NCBI RefSeq assembly: GCF_006345805.1
Contig: NC_043004.1
Location: 31,124,001-31,188,000, forward strand
Reading direction: 5' to 3'
DNA length: 64,000 nucleotides
From: Octopus sinensis
Lineage: Eukaryota
Shown in pieces: positions 1-13,099 of this stretch. Under the pieces are notes generated by a model, which worked only from the letters and a program-made list of their open reading frames with translations, was not told the origin of the DNA and made no database searches. Made by a program: the position numbers and the translations under genes. Numbering within the stretch: position 1 is the first letter of the stretch; every line of letters begins with the position of its first letter.

Positions 1-855
1 GATTTTCAGATGGTTCATTTTTTTGCCTTTTTCATTTATTTTTAGAACAAAAAACAGTTCTCATCACAAAATGACACACACCTCCTTAAAATCCCATTAG
101 ACAATTAGCATTTTGAAAATAATCTAAAATTTAACAAAAGGAAACAATTGAAATAAACAAGAGTTTATATAAAATGGATTCAACATTCACATGATAACAA
201 CTTGAAATTAGCATAGAAGAGACAGTTTGAAAATCTGTTTTAAGTAGCTTTTAAAGTTTTCCACTTTACAAGATCCTGAAAGAGATTTTTAGTGACATTT
301 TGAAAAAAATAATGAATTAAATCTACATTTCTAAAAATATTTAAATCAGCATATTCTAGATCTTATGAACATAACTTGATTTCATTAAAATTCTATTTAT
401 TTCTATCAAAATGAAATTAAAAAGAAAAAATATCATTAAATTAATTTTACAAATCTTAATCCAAAGCTGATTGTCATTGGCAAGAATAAAATAGATTAAA
501 TACCATTTAAATATATGGGAAATTTGTTAAACAATTTATTCACTTATTCAATGGTAGTTTACATGGAACATCAATTAAAGAAGTATGTTTGAAGCTAAAT
601 GTGAAGATGTTATCTGTTTGATGCTACTAATGAAGGAAATTAAAAAGTGCTGTAAAAGTATCCCATCAAACCTTGATTTATTTAGTTACTGGTAAGAAGT
701 ACAAAGACGCAGCTAATGAAGTCTAATTGTATTCTTTGCCTACCAGATCCAGACTTCTATGAGTAACAAAGTGAGAGTGTGTGTGTGTGTGTTAATGATA
801 AATAAATATATCAAGTAAATTATTTCTTAATAGTTGTTACTGACAGTGGAAATGG

Positions 856-891
<36 letters not shown>

Positions 892-1164
892 ACATGCACA
901 TAAGCACAGGCAAGGCTGTGTCTGCAACTACATTCATTTGGGTATGGTCCCACTGCATGAAAACTTTTAGCAATTGTGTTCTGCTACAACAACAGCTTTG
1001 TAAGTGAAACTGGTAGGCAGAAACTTGAAAAGGCTCATCATATATATGCGCTCTTATTTTTCCTTGTTAAAATCAGAATATTAATATCTATGATACTCTA
1101 CCAAAAGGTGGTGAATAATCCCTCAACACTGAACTGTTCTTATGTAATATTATCATCATTGTTT

Positions 1165-1401
1165 TAACATCTGCTTTTCCATGCTTGCATGGATCAGACA
1201 GAATTTTGTTGAGGCAGATTTTTCTATAGCCAGATACACCTATTTCCAAGTATGGAAATATGCTCTCCAAGACTAGACATGATTTCAGATGATTAGAAAT
1301 GAATGACACTGCTTGCATCAAATGATGCCAAGGAAAGGGGACAGTAACGTATAAACATGCACACATATAAATACACACATTTTATACATACACTACACAC
1401 A

Positions 1402-1446
<45 letters not shown>

Positions 1447-1570
1447 GCTCCTTTTAGCTTCAATTTTCCTAATGCACTCATAAAGCTTGGGTCAACATGG
1501 GGCTATAGCTGAAGACACTTGCCTAAACCATATGGTTGTAAAGCAAACCGCTAATCCATGCTTGTGCCTA
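1165..1570 (-). mobile_element. Family A-head SINE with RTE-like tail (decayed)
   Basis: Reverse complement of the family A head plus the ...catgcaagcatggaaaagcagatg tail. Confidence 0.7.
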
Positions 1571-4500
1571 TAATGATAAATATTTCTATGTGTTGCACAT
1601 AAACACCCATACTCTTTCTTTTTAATATACATCTTTACAAAAAAAACAATCAAACATAAATTGAAGAATCATTCAATGTTTTTCTACTATACACACACAT
1701 ACATACAATTGAGGTTGAGTGTTATTTCCATGTGCTCTCACTAACACCACTAGAAGCAAAACTGTTGTATAGTTAATGTTTTCTAGCAATCATCACTCAG
1801 CTACCTTATCAGCCTTTATGTGTGAGGATGTGTTTGAATGGGAATAACTTTGTTGAAAAGAGGGTTGGTGCAAAGAAGATCACCTCGCAGTAGAAAATCA
1901 TACTACAAGTTTTGTGTAACCCATGCCAGCATGCACACACACACACACACACAGATACAGTAAAATCTGTGGTCAGACTATATATACATATAAATGATGA
2001 CAGGCAATAAATAGCGGATTAAATACTAAATCAAAATATCTAGACACTAATTAAATACTTGTCTCTTATTATTTATCAGTTTTCTCTTTCCAGTGAGATG
2101 TTAAATAAACAACACTTTGTTTTGTTTGTGTTTCTCTTTTGGTGAATGTGAAATTACTCTCCTCTTAAGTTGCTGAGTCATAAAGGGTGTGGTTTGCAGT
2201 CATAACTAGGTAGACATACACTAACAGTAAAGAATTTCGTTATTATTTCACTTTGCAAGGATTCTTTAAACATTCAAAGCCATAAAGATGTTAAGAAATT
2301 ATCGATATATGTGGGTGGGGTGATTGTCTTGTACCACACAGCATAATGCATATATAAGCCATGAAGGAAAGAACAGCTCTTCATTAATAATTTAATCAGT
2401 AATGAGGTTTGCATACTGAATGTTTTCATATACATGAAGATAAATACAATCAAAGCTGTCTAGAATTATTACTGAAAAACTCTGTGTGTGTGTGTGTGTG
2501 TGTGAATTAAGGAGACTAAACCGGTTCAATGATTTGAAAAAGAAGACATTCATTAGTGTTTAAAAAGGAAAAACAGATACAGTAGTCTTCTGCCCACCAC
2601 TTCTTCAAAGACAGACTAAGGCCAACTGACTGGGCATTATTGGGTCAGAATATCAAGGTGTTCAGAGTCAAAACATTTCTTAACTCTGGACTGAAAGTGT
2701 CATTGTTTAGGTTTATATCAATGTTGATACGATAGTGTGTGTGTGGGGGGGAGATAGATAAAGAGAGAGAGAGAGACTGATTCACAGAAGTAGCAAGTCC
2801 ACGTGTAAAAGTGTTTTTCTAAACATTATGTATTTCATGATGCTCTTCAGATTTCTAGTGGTTTTAAATGTTATCTAAATCTAACTTCATTTGAATACCA
2901 GTAAAGATAATTACCACTGATGTCTAATAAAAGTGAATAGCATTACCAATGAATGGATATTTAAAGCAAGAGGAAGTTTTGAAGCTGACAGACAAATTTT
3001 GGGTTGACATTTTCAAGCAAAACAGCCTTTTCACAAAATAAATAAAATAGCTTAATTTACAACCCCATTTTTTTTTTCTTAGAGTTTTGTTAGAATCCTA
3101 GTTTTCCATACAATGGAGGGAAATACCGTTCTAAACAGAATATTAATCTATTGGAAGTGTGTCCTTCAAGAATCTGCTTTGGTAAGATTTTTGTTTCACC
3201 TTGGGGCAATGAGCCATCAACTATATGTCAATCCCTTCTGCCCTAGAATTTATTTCATCAATCCTAGAATAATGAACTTTATGTTGATCTAAGTGAATTT
3301 CAATCCATAGAAGACAACACCAATGAAAATGACACAACAAAGATCATAGTGAGGATGAAGATGATGGCATTAAAATTAACAATAATAAGGAGAAAATATT
3401 TTGTAAAAGCAGTTTCTGAAAGTATCAAGATTGATTATGAATTGCTTTGAGCAATGTTTCTGTTGACACTTTCATAAAATAAATATGCCAGCCATCTATC
3501 AAATAACAGCAGTTAACGCAATCCTGAGGAAGAATACTTACAACTCAAAGCAGCTTAAACCATTTTAATGAAAATCAATCACTATTCCTGGACTTACAAA
3601 CTTGTTTTAAAGTTATCTAAATCGAAACCTCCCATTAATAATACTTCACACTAATTTGTGCTCCAAATACAAGCTTAAAACTCACAAACTTATTTTACTA
3701 AATTCTTTCATTATTTTCAAAATTAATTGAAACAATGGCAGTGTATTTCAACAGAAATATGCTAACAAAAGGGTTAATAGCTAACTGCAGATTTTAATTT
3801 AAACTGAAATGATATTGTAATGTCCAATACTCTCACCAAACTTTTTTCCTTTTAAATTTCAAATCAAAGCAAATTTTCTAGCATAGCTAAATTAATATTT
3901 CCCATACTTCATGATTTTTTAAAAAATATAATTAAAACAATTTTGTTTGTTTTTTTTTTTATCAAGAATAAACCAAGCCACTACAAAAACCAAAACAAAA
4001 TGCATTAAAAAAACTCATCAATTTACAATTAAAAAAAATGACTAAATAACCTTCAACACTGATTGAAACTGAGAAATAATTAAATATAGCTCAAGTAACA
4101 TTGAAAATGACAAATACCTGAGTATATTCCCAAGAAATAGTTTAAACAACTTCATTCATTATGACAAATACCTGAATTAATATATTCCCAAGTTTAATAT
4201 AAACAAGAATTTTGAATGTAGCTCCACATACAAATAATAATGATAATAATAGCAATAATGATCCTTTCTACTACATGCACAGGGCCTAAAAATGTGGAGG
4301 AAGGTGTTAATCAATTACACTGACCCCAGGGTTCATCAGGTGCTTATTTTATTGGCACTAAAAGGAGGAAAAGTAAAATAAACCTTAACGTAATTTGAAC
4401 TCAGAGCCAGAAGAAATGCCATTAAGCATTTTGTCCAACCAACTAACGATTCTGCCAGTTTGCCATCTTAATAATTCCTTCGAATTTTGGCACAAGGCCA

Positions 4501-5789
4501 GCAATTTTTAGAGGAGGAGGGGATAAGTCAATCACATCGATCCCAGTGCTCAACCGCTACTTATTTTATTGACATCAGAAGGATGAAAGGCAAAACCAGC
4601 CAATGGAACTATGTAAACTGAACCACAAATACTGTGTAAACTAAAACCATATAAACCTAAATTTTGAGGAAGTTTAACAAAAATGTTCATTCTATGAATA
4701 GAGAGTAAAATGACAACAAAGTTGGAAGACTTGATTATATTACATTAGAAACTGATTTTGACTTCTGTTCATTTTGTATACACATATGCAGGCAGATGCA
4801 CAAACGCACTCACACATACAATATACGTTATGTAAAACTTGTAAAACATACAGAAGTGTACGTTATACAGAATGTACACATTATTCAATACACGAAACTA
4901 TACTCTGAATAGAGTGGAAAGATATGTTTATTATAGCAAAAGTTGACAATTTATTCCAGTTTCACTGGCTAGTCAACTGCCTGCTAAAACTGGAATAAAC
5001 TGTCATATTTTGCTACAAGTATGTTTATCATCATCATTTAATGTCTGCCTTCCATGCTGGCATGTGTATCCAAAAATTAAGGAATGGGGTAGAAAAAATC
5101 CAGGCTACGTATGTTTCATAGTGAGCAGAACCTCAGAAGTAGTAATTATCCAAACAAAGTGTATGCTGCAGGCTACTCTTCAGACTAAGGGTATCTTGAT
5201 TATATGAAGTTTACATTGCCGTTAGGAGACCCACGTTAACACATCAGCAAAGGAGACCGATAGAATAAGTACCAGGCTTACAAAACAAAAGTACTGGAGT
5301 TGATTTGCTCAACCCTTCAAAGCTACAGTCCAATGAATTTCTTACCACATGTGTGTATGAGAGAGTGCACACATACACATATCTGATTCACAATGAAAGT
5401 GCAGGATGTCTGAAAATATTCACATAACATAAAAATGCCTCACTCCATTTTTTTTTCTTTTTTGCAAATTTATTATCCATTTTGTTTCTAAAGTTATTGT
5501 CTACCAAGTCAACTGTTCAGGGATAAGGAAACAGTGGAGAGAGATTATGAAGATTCAGTAAGCAAAATGGTTGAACGAAAGAATGAACAAACACATGTTC
5601 TTTTCTACTCTACACACAAGGCCCAAAAATTTTGGGGAGGGGGCCAGTCGATTAGATCGACCCCAGTATGTAAATGGTACTTAATTAATCGACCCCAAAG
5701 GGATGAAAGGCACATATTACTAAGGTGCATTGCAGCAGTTGAACACTTTGAAAACAATAAGTGTGAATGTTAAGCATTTATTTTTCCCA

Positions 5790-6190
5790 CATGTATGGCT
5801 GTGTGGTTAAGAAGTTCACTTCTCAGCCACATGGTTCGGAGTTCAGTTCCCCACTAAGTAGAATCTTGGGCAAGTGTCTTCTACTATGGTTCCAGGCTGA
5901 CCAAAGCTTTGTGAGTGGATTTAGTGGATAGAAACTGAAAAAAGCCTGTTGTGTATGTTAGTGTCTTCTTGTTTTGACACTGCATGATAGTTGTAAATAA
6001 GTGTCACCTCATATAAGTGGCACCTATCATTACCAAAATCCCATGAAAAATATCTGGTCACAGGGAAATATCTTACTTGGAAACAAGTGGGGGTTGCAAT
6101 ACGAAGGGCATCCAGTAGTAGAAAATCTGTCTCAACAAATTCCATCCAAACTATACAAGCATGGATAAGCAGATGTTATGGTGTTGATGA
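5790..6190 (+). mobile_element. Family A-head SINE with RTE-like tail
   Basis: ggctgtgtggttaagaag head; gaagggcatcc...agaaaatctgtctcaac...gcatggataagcagatg tail. Similar copies lie at about 8720-9050, 40665-40960, 53815-54200 (+) and 57690-58030 (-). Confidence 0.8.
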
Positions 6191-6353
6191 TGAAGAATTC
6201 ATTTTTCAACATTATAATTCGAAAAAACATATCACTAAAATAAAAGACTGTAAAAAAGTAAGGCATTGTTGTATGTTGATGTAGAAAATACCTGAACTTG
6301 TGTGTGAACATATCAACAAAGATAACATAGTAATTATTTAAATTTAGTATAAA

Positions 6354-6392
<39 letters not shown>

Positions 6393-7562
6393 AGGTTATT
6401 GTGTTTGAATCAGGAGTGTGGAGTCAGAAAGAATTATTGAATTACTGGAATTAGACTCGGAGTCAGAAAAAAACGTACCAATAATTAACTAAGTATAAAA
6501 TGTAATGTGTTAATATTTGTGATTTTACAAAGACTAATTTGAAAATAATACAGATTTAACGGCTTCTAAGAAGGATAATGAAGCATAGATTTTTGCTTTT
6601 GAGACACTAGTCAATAAAAGGTTTGATTTAATCCCTATTCTAGATACAATATTTAATAAATTCTGAAAGGATAAATTTTTCGATCCTCTACAATATAAAT
6701 GTTTATTTCATTTAATAGAATCTTTCATGTTCCGCTCAACAATTTTATATTCCAACAACACTTTAATCTTAAAAAAAGAAGGGTTATGTATCTAATCAAG
6801 TTTATATCTTAAAATGTGTTCGACCTTTTAGTTTCAACTCAGATGTACTTCAGATTTCTGAACTGGTAAATAAAAACATTCCTGATTTTCATTTATAATA
6901 TTTTTATAGTTTATTTCTTTTATACTTCATTTTTACTACATTTGTGAATTTTGTCTCATGCTTAATTGCTTGTACGCTTCATTAATAAATAATATAAAAT
7001 CACTCACACTGGCATTGTTATTGCCTCTAAACCTAAACATATACATACAAGGTGATGCCCCAGCATGGCCATAGTCTAATGACTAAAACAAGCAAAACGA
7101 AAAATGAAAAAAAGTACACACATATATATGTGTGTGTGTGTGTGTGTGTGCACACCCACATATACTTCCATTAACCTGCTTTATTTCCATTTATCATGCT
7201 GACACGCGTTATTAGACAGGTTGTCACAAATGAAGTCAGTACTTCCACATCTCACTCAAACTTTCCATTTGCTATGGTTTCTTGCTATGATGTTGGATGC
7301 CTAACACCAGCCACTTTACAGATTTTACTTTAAATGGTTATAGAAACACAAATAGAGATATATACTTCTCTCTCTCTCTCCGAGAGAGAGAGAGAACTCA
7401 GAAAGAGTTGTGCAAACAAGAAGAAAAAGGAATATACAATATGTATTTTAAAAGCTGATCACATTTATTATAAACTGAAAACTTCACTGTTATTCTAAAT
7501 TTCCACTTATATTTGAACTAAATGGTGATAATTCATACTAAGTATGGAAAAACATGAAGGCA

Positions 7563-7790
7563 TTAACCCTTTTGTTACCAACCCGGCTAAAACCGGCTCT
7601 GGCTCTGAGTACAAATGTCTTGTTTTTATAAGTTTTGAATTAAAATCTTTCACCAAATCTTAGTCACAATTTATGTTCCTAACACTAGCTGAATGATAAC
7701 TAAGTTATTTTACTAAATTCTTGGTTATATTTAAAGTAATTCAAAGAAACACAGAGCATCTCAAAATAAATACAGTAACGAAAGGGTTAA
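7563..7790 (+). mobile_element. piggyBac-type MITE family C
   Basis: TTAA|CCCTTTTG ... AAAGGG|TTAA. Related copies lie at about 3590-3780, 21330-21540, 38110-38330, 39060-39250 and 55116-55341. Confidence 0.75.
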
Positions 7791-8403
7791 TTGGTTAATA
7801 TTGAACTCTGCTAGTACACAAACAAACTGGACCACACTGCTGACATAATTGTGCTGAAACTCATAACCTTAGACACATTTTTTACTTAAGGACCATAAGG
7901 AATATTTCAAAAAGATTAATTAATGCCAGAAGACATAAGGCTTGGTAGCTAAGGTATTGAACTCAGACTAGGTAGTGTTATATTCTAGAATAAAACACTT
8001 CATGTTTTGTTGCACCAGTACACTCAGTTGAAAATGAGTACCAGCAGCAGATTGGGAGTTAACTCTGCAATGGTTTGCCCAACCATTCAAGGGAAAGGAC
8101 AATACTGTACTTTCTTAGTCACTTGTAAATCATGGAAATCAAGATAAGATCCAGCCCAACAAGCATGTAGGCTTGTGATAGACTTCTTTTAACATGATAC
8201 AAGATGAGTAGATACAGTAAGTAGAATTAATCATCTAATTCTTGATAGGACCATACCTAAAATTAAGGCCCAGCTACAGTTATTAGTAGAAAAAAAAAAA
8301 CAGTTATTATCTGGGATTGTTACTTCCCAAATGAGCAAAATACTAGCTTTCTGCAATTTGATATTAGAAATTGCGAGGATTCAGAGACTTTAACACTGCT
8401 AGT

Positions 8404-8627
8404 TTAACCCTTTAGCGTTCAGATTATTCTGTCAAATTTAACGTTTATTTATTCACATTGTTTGGAATTATTCATTCATGATCAAACAGTTTAAGATTTG
8501 GGTGATATGATTGTGTATTTTTAGAATGACATTGTAGGGTAAGTGTGAGAAGCTAGAAGCCTTTTTGAATAGAAAATATGTGGGATATTTGAGCCAGATA
8601 TGGCTGGTTTAAATGCAAAAGGGTTAA
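8404..8627 (+). mobile_element. piggyBac-type MITE family D
   Basis: TTAA|CCCTTT ... AAAGGG|TTAA, about 224 bp, non-coding. Confidence 0.75.
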
Positions 8628-10074
8628 GGCTCTATACTTTGCTATGTCTATTACAAATACTGAACAATTAGAAATCAAAATTTTGTAAGCCAGGGAAAAC
8701 TGTTATAAATCATGACCAGTCCCACTGAGTGGACTGTCTTCTATAACCTCAGGTTGACTAGAACCCTGTGAGTGGGTGTAGTAGATAAACTGAGAGAAGC
8801 CTGTCATTAGTGTATACACAAACAAATATATATGCATGTGTGTATCTTTGACTTGACATTGTAAATGAGCATCACCATCATACAAGTGATGTTGTTGATT
8901 TCCAGTCTTCTACAAAGAACATGATTGGCCAAAGGAAATATTACCTTTCTTGGAAACAGGTGAGGATTAGCTACAGAAAGGCAAAAAGGCTGAAGAAATC
9001 TGTCCCCCGACACCCAAATTCCAAATGACTCATGCAAACATGAAAAAGTAATTGTTATGATAATGATGATGGAGTTAATGACTTAGCTAACAGATCTTAG
9101 TAACAGATCTAATTGAGCTGTAACTGCTGTTTAAATTCAATGTGATTTCCAATTATATATCAGAATACATTTTACCAAGCAGATAGCTTATTATCTTAAT
9201 TGCAACTCACAAACTATGTATAGAATTGAGAAAAAAAATCCTTCATTTTCTTTCTTTTTATATTTACATGGATAATTCTACCACTGTAGATTCTGACATT
9301 ACCACAGTTAACTGCCCAGACATAATACTTAACTTTACAAATTGTCTCTAATATACTTATTGCAAACCCAAAGAGAAAAACTATCTCAATAGATGGTCTA
9401 ACAAATCCAGAAAACTCACAAGGAATATAGATGAAGAACAATATCATGAGAACTTAGTAAGAAGTATCGTTAAAAGCAAAAATATAACATTCCACCTAAT
9501 GGAATAAGGAACACGAGGGCTAGATCTAAACAAATCTGTTGGTATAATATTCCACATTTTAAAAAGTGACTACTCGTACAGCCTACTTACAAAAAAATTT
9601 CTCATCTCAGCATAAATTCTGTGTAGTAAGAAAGATTGCAGTTGGGAAGCAAGCTTCTTACCACACAGCCAGTGTCTGCACTGTGTGTGTGTGTGTATTG
9701 CTTCATCTTACCCTCTCCCATCTAAAACTTTTCCTCATGTTTTGTTATCCTAACACCACACATACATTTTTATATAAATACAAAATATACATTCAACCAT
9801 GTACCTCTGGACCCTTAATGGTTATCTTAACAAGTTATTAACAACTGTTTCTTGGCTTGGCAATCACATAAAGAATGAAATCTAGATAAGATTAATCAAG
9901 AATTGGTTCATGACATTTATACATATGATTCAAAAGTTTGAATTTGATCTAATTTAAATAAGAAACATTTTCCTAAGTATAAAAAAACCCACAGGTCACT
10001 TGTGGACCATAAACAGACGTTAATATAATGTCATGTAATTACACACAAAGTTTAACTTTCACTTGTCTCTTTCA

Positions 10075-10218
10075 AATGTAAGAAGTTTGCTTCCCAACCA
10101 CATTATTCCCATCTCACTCCCGCAGTGTTGCAACTTGGACAAGCTGTCTTCTACTATAGTCCTGAGCCAACCAGAGGTTTGTGAGTGGATTTGGTAGCCC
10201 GAAACTGAAAGAAACCAG

Positions 10219-10261
<43 letters not shown>

Positions 10262-10480
10262 ATTTATTTGTGTGTGTCTTTGTGCTTGTTGTCTTCCACT
10301 GTTGCTTGACAGTAGGTTTTGTTTGTTTACATCTCTGTAACAGTGTTTCAGAAAATAGGTTAATAGAATAAGAATCAGGCTTTAAAAATAAGTACTGGAA
10401 TAAGTTGACTCAACTAAAACTTTTAAGAGGCTGCCCCAGCATGGCTACAGATCAATCACTGAAACAAGCAAAAGGTAAAA
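10075..10480 (+). mobile_element. Family A SINE (decayed)
   Basis: Same modules as the 42912 copy. Further copies lie at about 27685-28015 and 34000-34440 (+), and at 35030-35370, 41950-42315, 45900-46240, 50990-51265 and 62720-62850 (-). Confidence 0.8.
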
Positions 10481-10670
10481 GCTGGCAGTTTTGATCCTGA
10501 CGCAGGAGATTAAAAGGCCTGTGCCCCTAACCACCATCCACAGCTATTCAAAGATCACTGACTTTGTGACTACTTTCTCTGTGTTTAGAAATAAAAAGCT
10601 GCAGACGTCCCACTGAGACATGTTATCCATGGTTAAGAGGAAAGAAAATATTCTCAGCAGCCAGACATTG

Positions 10671-10765
10671 TCAAGATAGGTCCAACAAGCAGATCCAGCT
10701 GATCAGAAAGATGAAATTTAAGACAGGTTGTGGTACATTATGTTTTGACTTCTTCCATATATTAC
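10671..10765 (-). CDS. Candidate terminal coding exon (G-NIWKKSKHNVPQPVLNFIFLISWICLLDLS*)
   Basis: Acceptor catattttgcag|, open in phase 1 to a TGA. The acceptor is followed directly by gtaata, so it could instead be an AG|GT site. Confidence 0.25.
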
Positions 10766-10924
10766 CTGCAAAATATGTGCACAAGCAAACACACACACAC
10801 TGCAGCTGGTATCTTCTATCAAGTGATTCATAAATTTCGATAAATGCCTGTGCATATATATATATACACACACACACACCATCCAAACTGTGCCAGCATG
10901 AACAATGGACATTAAATGTTGCTA

Positions 10925-10935
10925 TATACACACAA

Positions 10936-10972
<37 letters not shown>

Positions 10973-11014
10973 ATATATATATATGTATACATACATACAT
11001 ACACATACATACAT

Positions 11015-11057
<43 letters not shown>

Positions 11058-11084
11058 CATACATACATATACATACATATATAC

Positions 11085-11130
<46 letters not shown>
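10925..11130. repeat. Compound (TA)n/(TACA)n microsatellite
   Basis: Direct inspection; source of the spurious YIYI ORFs. Confidence 0.97.
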
Positions 11131-11132
<2 letters not shown>

Positions 11133-11267
11133 AAATGAGAAAATGGAGAAATATATCTAAATCATTCATCAACTATCAGATAATACCGAATCATATACTT
11201 TATTAAAACACTACACAAGAGCATTAAGATTAGACATTAATACAGTACAATAATTACAATCAATATA

Positions 11268-11298
<31 letters not shown>

Positions 11299-11461
11299 AG
11301 GAAAAAAGCAACAAGAATGGATCCATTCTTGTTGCTTTTTTCCTATTTGTAATCACCCCACTTGTCTTATGGTTAACACCATATAGATTTCCGGTGCATC
11401 CTAGTTAAGGACCATATTCATGTGAATTCATTAGAACTCACTTGAATCTCAATTACTTAAA

Positions 11462-11504
<43 letters not shown>

Positions 11505-11817
11505 AATACATATATATATACATAAATATATATGTATCTATATATATACATCAATATAAACACATATCTACTACATGTGGAAATCTGTGGGTGTGTTTGT
11601 CTGTGGCATTGTTATCTAACTTCTCCAACATCATTTTATCGATATTTGATGAAACTTAACACGAGTAGATCTCATGTATGGAAAACTAGTGACATACTTA
11701 GATTGTTGAAAAAATTGATAATGGGGCCCCTAGAAGGGATTCTTATACCTACTACATATAACTAATGTATTATTTTTAAACATCCAAGGGAAATAACCCA
11801 TTGCCCCTGAAAAGGAT

Positions 11818-11862
<45 letters not shown>

Positions 11863-12190
11863 ATATATTATATATATATATAGAAAAAGAGAAATAACCC
11901 ATTCATGTTCGTAAATTTATTTCATATAAATCAAATTGAGCATGCTTATTTCTTAGTATTTGAACTATTTGAGTTATTTTCGCAATTTATCCAGTACAAT
12001 GCATAAACAAGTAAATAGTATTTTCTTAAACAATACAGCCAGTTATTTCAACTAGTGCCTTATGCACGAATATACCAACACTAGTGTCGCTGGGGGTAAT
12101 ATTCACTGCGAACGCACAAAAACTTCTTTCAAACTTATTTACTTTGAATTGTTATAATCACATATCTGATTAGCCTGTTATTACATAACA

Positions 12191-12244
<54 letters not shown>

Positions 12245-12370
12245 TGAATACATTTACACACAAGAGAGGTGCCCTTTAACAGGCAGCCTTACACGCTAGA
12301 AGAAGGAGTCAAAAGACCAAAACCACTTTTAAGAGCAATTTCGAAGGGAATGAAAAATAAAAACATTTAC

Positions 12371-12391
12371 CTTGTTTTTTTACAGCCATAC
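12371..12391 (-). CDS. Candidate 21-nt exon, or alternative first coding exon (S-MAVKKQ)
   Basis: cctag|GTATGGCTGTAAAAAAACAAG|gtaaat. Phase 1 in and phase 1 out. Contains an ATG at 12389 and lies in a CpG-retaining patch. The acceptor tract is weak. Confidence 0.3.
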
Positions 12392-12679
12392 CTAGGTTTC
12401 AAACTCCAATTAGCAAATAACATAATTTGCTAGGTGGAGTTCTCATCAGTGGCTAAGCCAAAACTCTAATATATAATTTAGTGATGGAATAACACGTCTC
12501 ATCATTATATTTTACAATTTTTCAAATTCACTACGCAAGTGCGTTTCAGTCAGCAGCAAATGACAAAGTGACGAGTTACTCTTCCAAAATTACTAAAATC
12601 ATGTTCATGAAATATATAGCGTAGCAAGTTTTTTTTATAGATATTTCACTACAAGTGGCCTAGCACATGTTTCTAAAAA

Positions 12680-13045
12680 ACTCGCTACCCTATATATTTT
12701 GGTGGTTGTCCACTCCTCATACAGAGTTTGACTACCTCCTTGTACTTACACCTTAGCACCATCATGGCATCTGATATGGCTTTTAAACCAGACAATGTTC
12801 TAAAAAGACACCTACATAGATTGCACCTCTGATTTGGACCACCAAGACCTGCAGATAAATTCTGCTCTTTGTGGATTCTAACATGTCTTTTGAGTCCTTC
12901 TTTGGATTTGCAAACCTTCAAGCATACATGCATTCAAAGGTGTGCACAGACATATAGGCAGAATTACTGGTGGAGGTTCATTTTCCATGCGTTCACAGAT
13001 GAGAATTGAGGCCAGCAAAATATAGACATGGCCTTGGCTCAGACT
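12680..13045 (-). mobile_element. 5'-truncated RTE-like LINE 3' end with degraded C2H2 zinc fingers
   Basis: Frameshift-corrected FEC(H)VCLKVCKSKEGLKRHVRIH, CNLCRCLFRTLSGLK(SHIRCH) and a partial ...AGLNSHL*TH. It has stops and frameshifts and is truncated by a microsatellite. Confidence 0.65.
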
Positions 13046-13099
13046 GTACACACATGTATACACATATACACGCATATATATATATACACATATACACGC

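Noticed and set aside
6410-6470. Repeated GGAGTCAGAAA suggesting an old DNA transposon end
   Set aside because: No TIR pair or TSD could be found.
9261-9500. Stop-interrupted plus-strand ORF (MDNSTTVDSD...)
   Set aside because: No recognisable motif or splice support; compatible with chance.
10671-11206. Long [12 protein letters not shown] ORFs in the track (also 43658-44114 and 54009-54531)
   Set aside because: They are translations of dinucleotide microsatellites, which lack stop codons.
12685-12933. Host C2H2 zinc-finger gene
   Set aside because: Frameshifts and stops, no TGEKP linkers, and a LINE-like 3' end.
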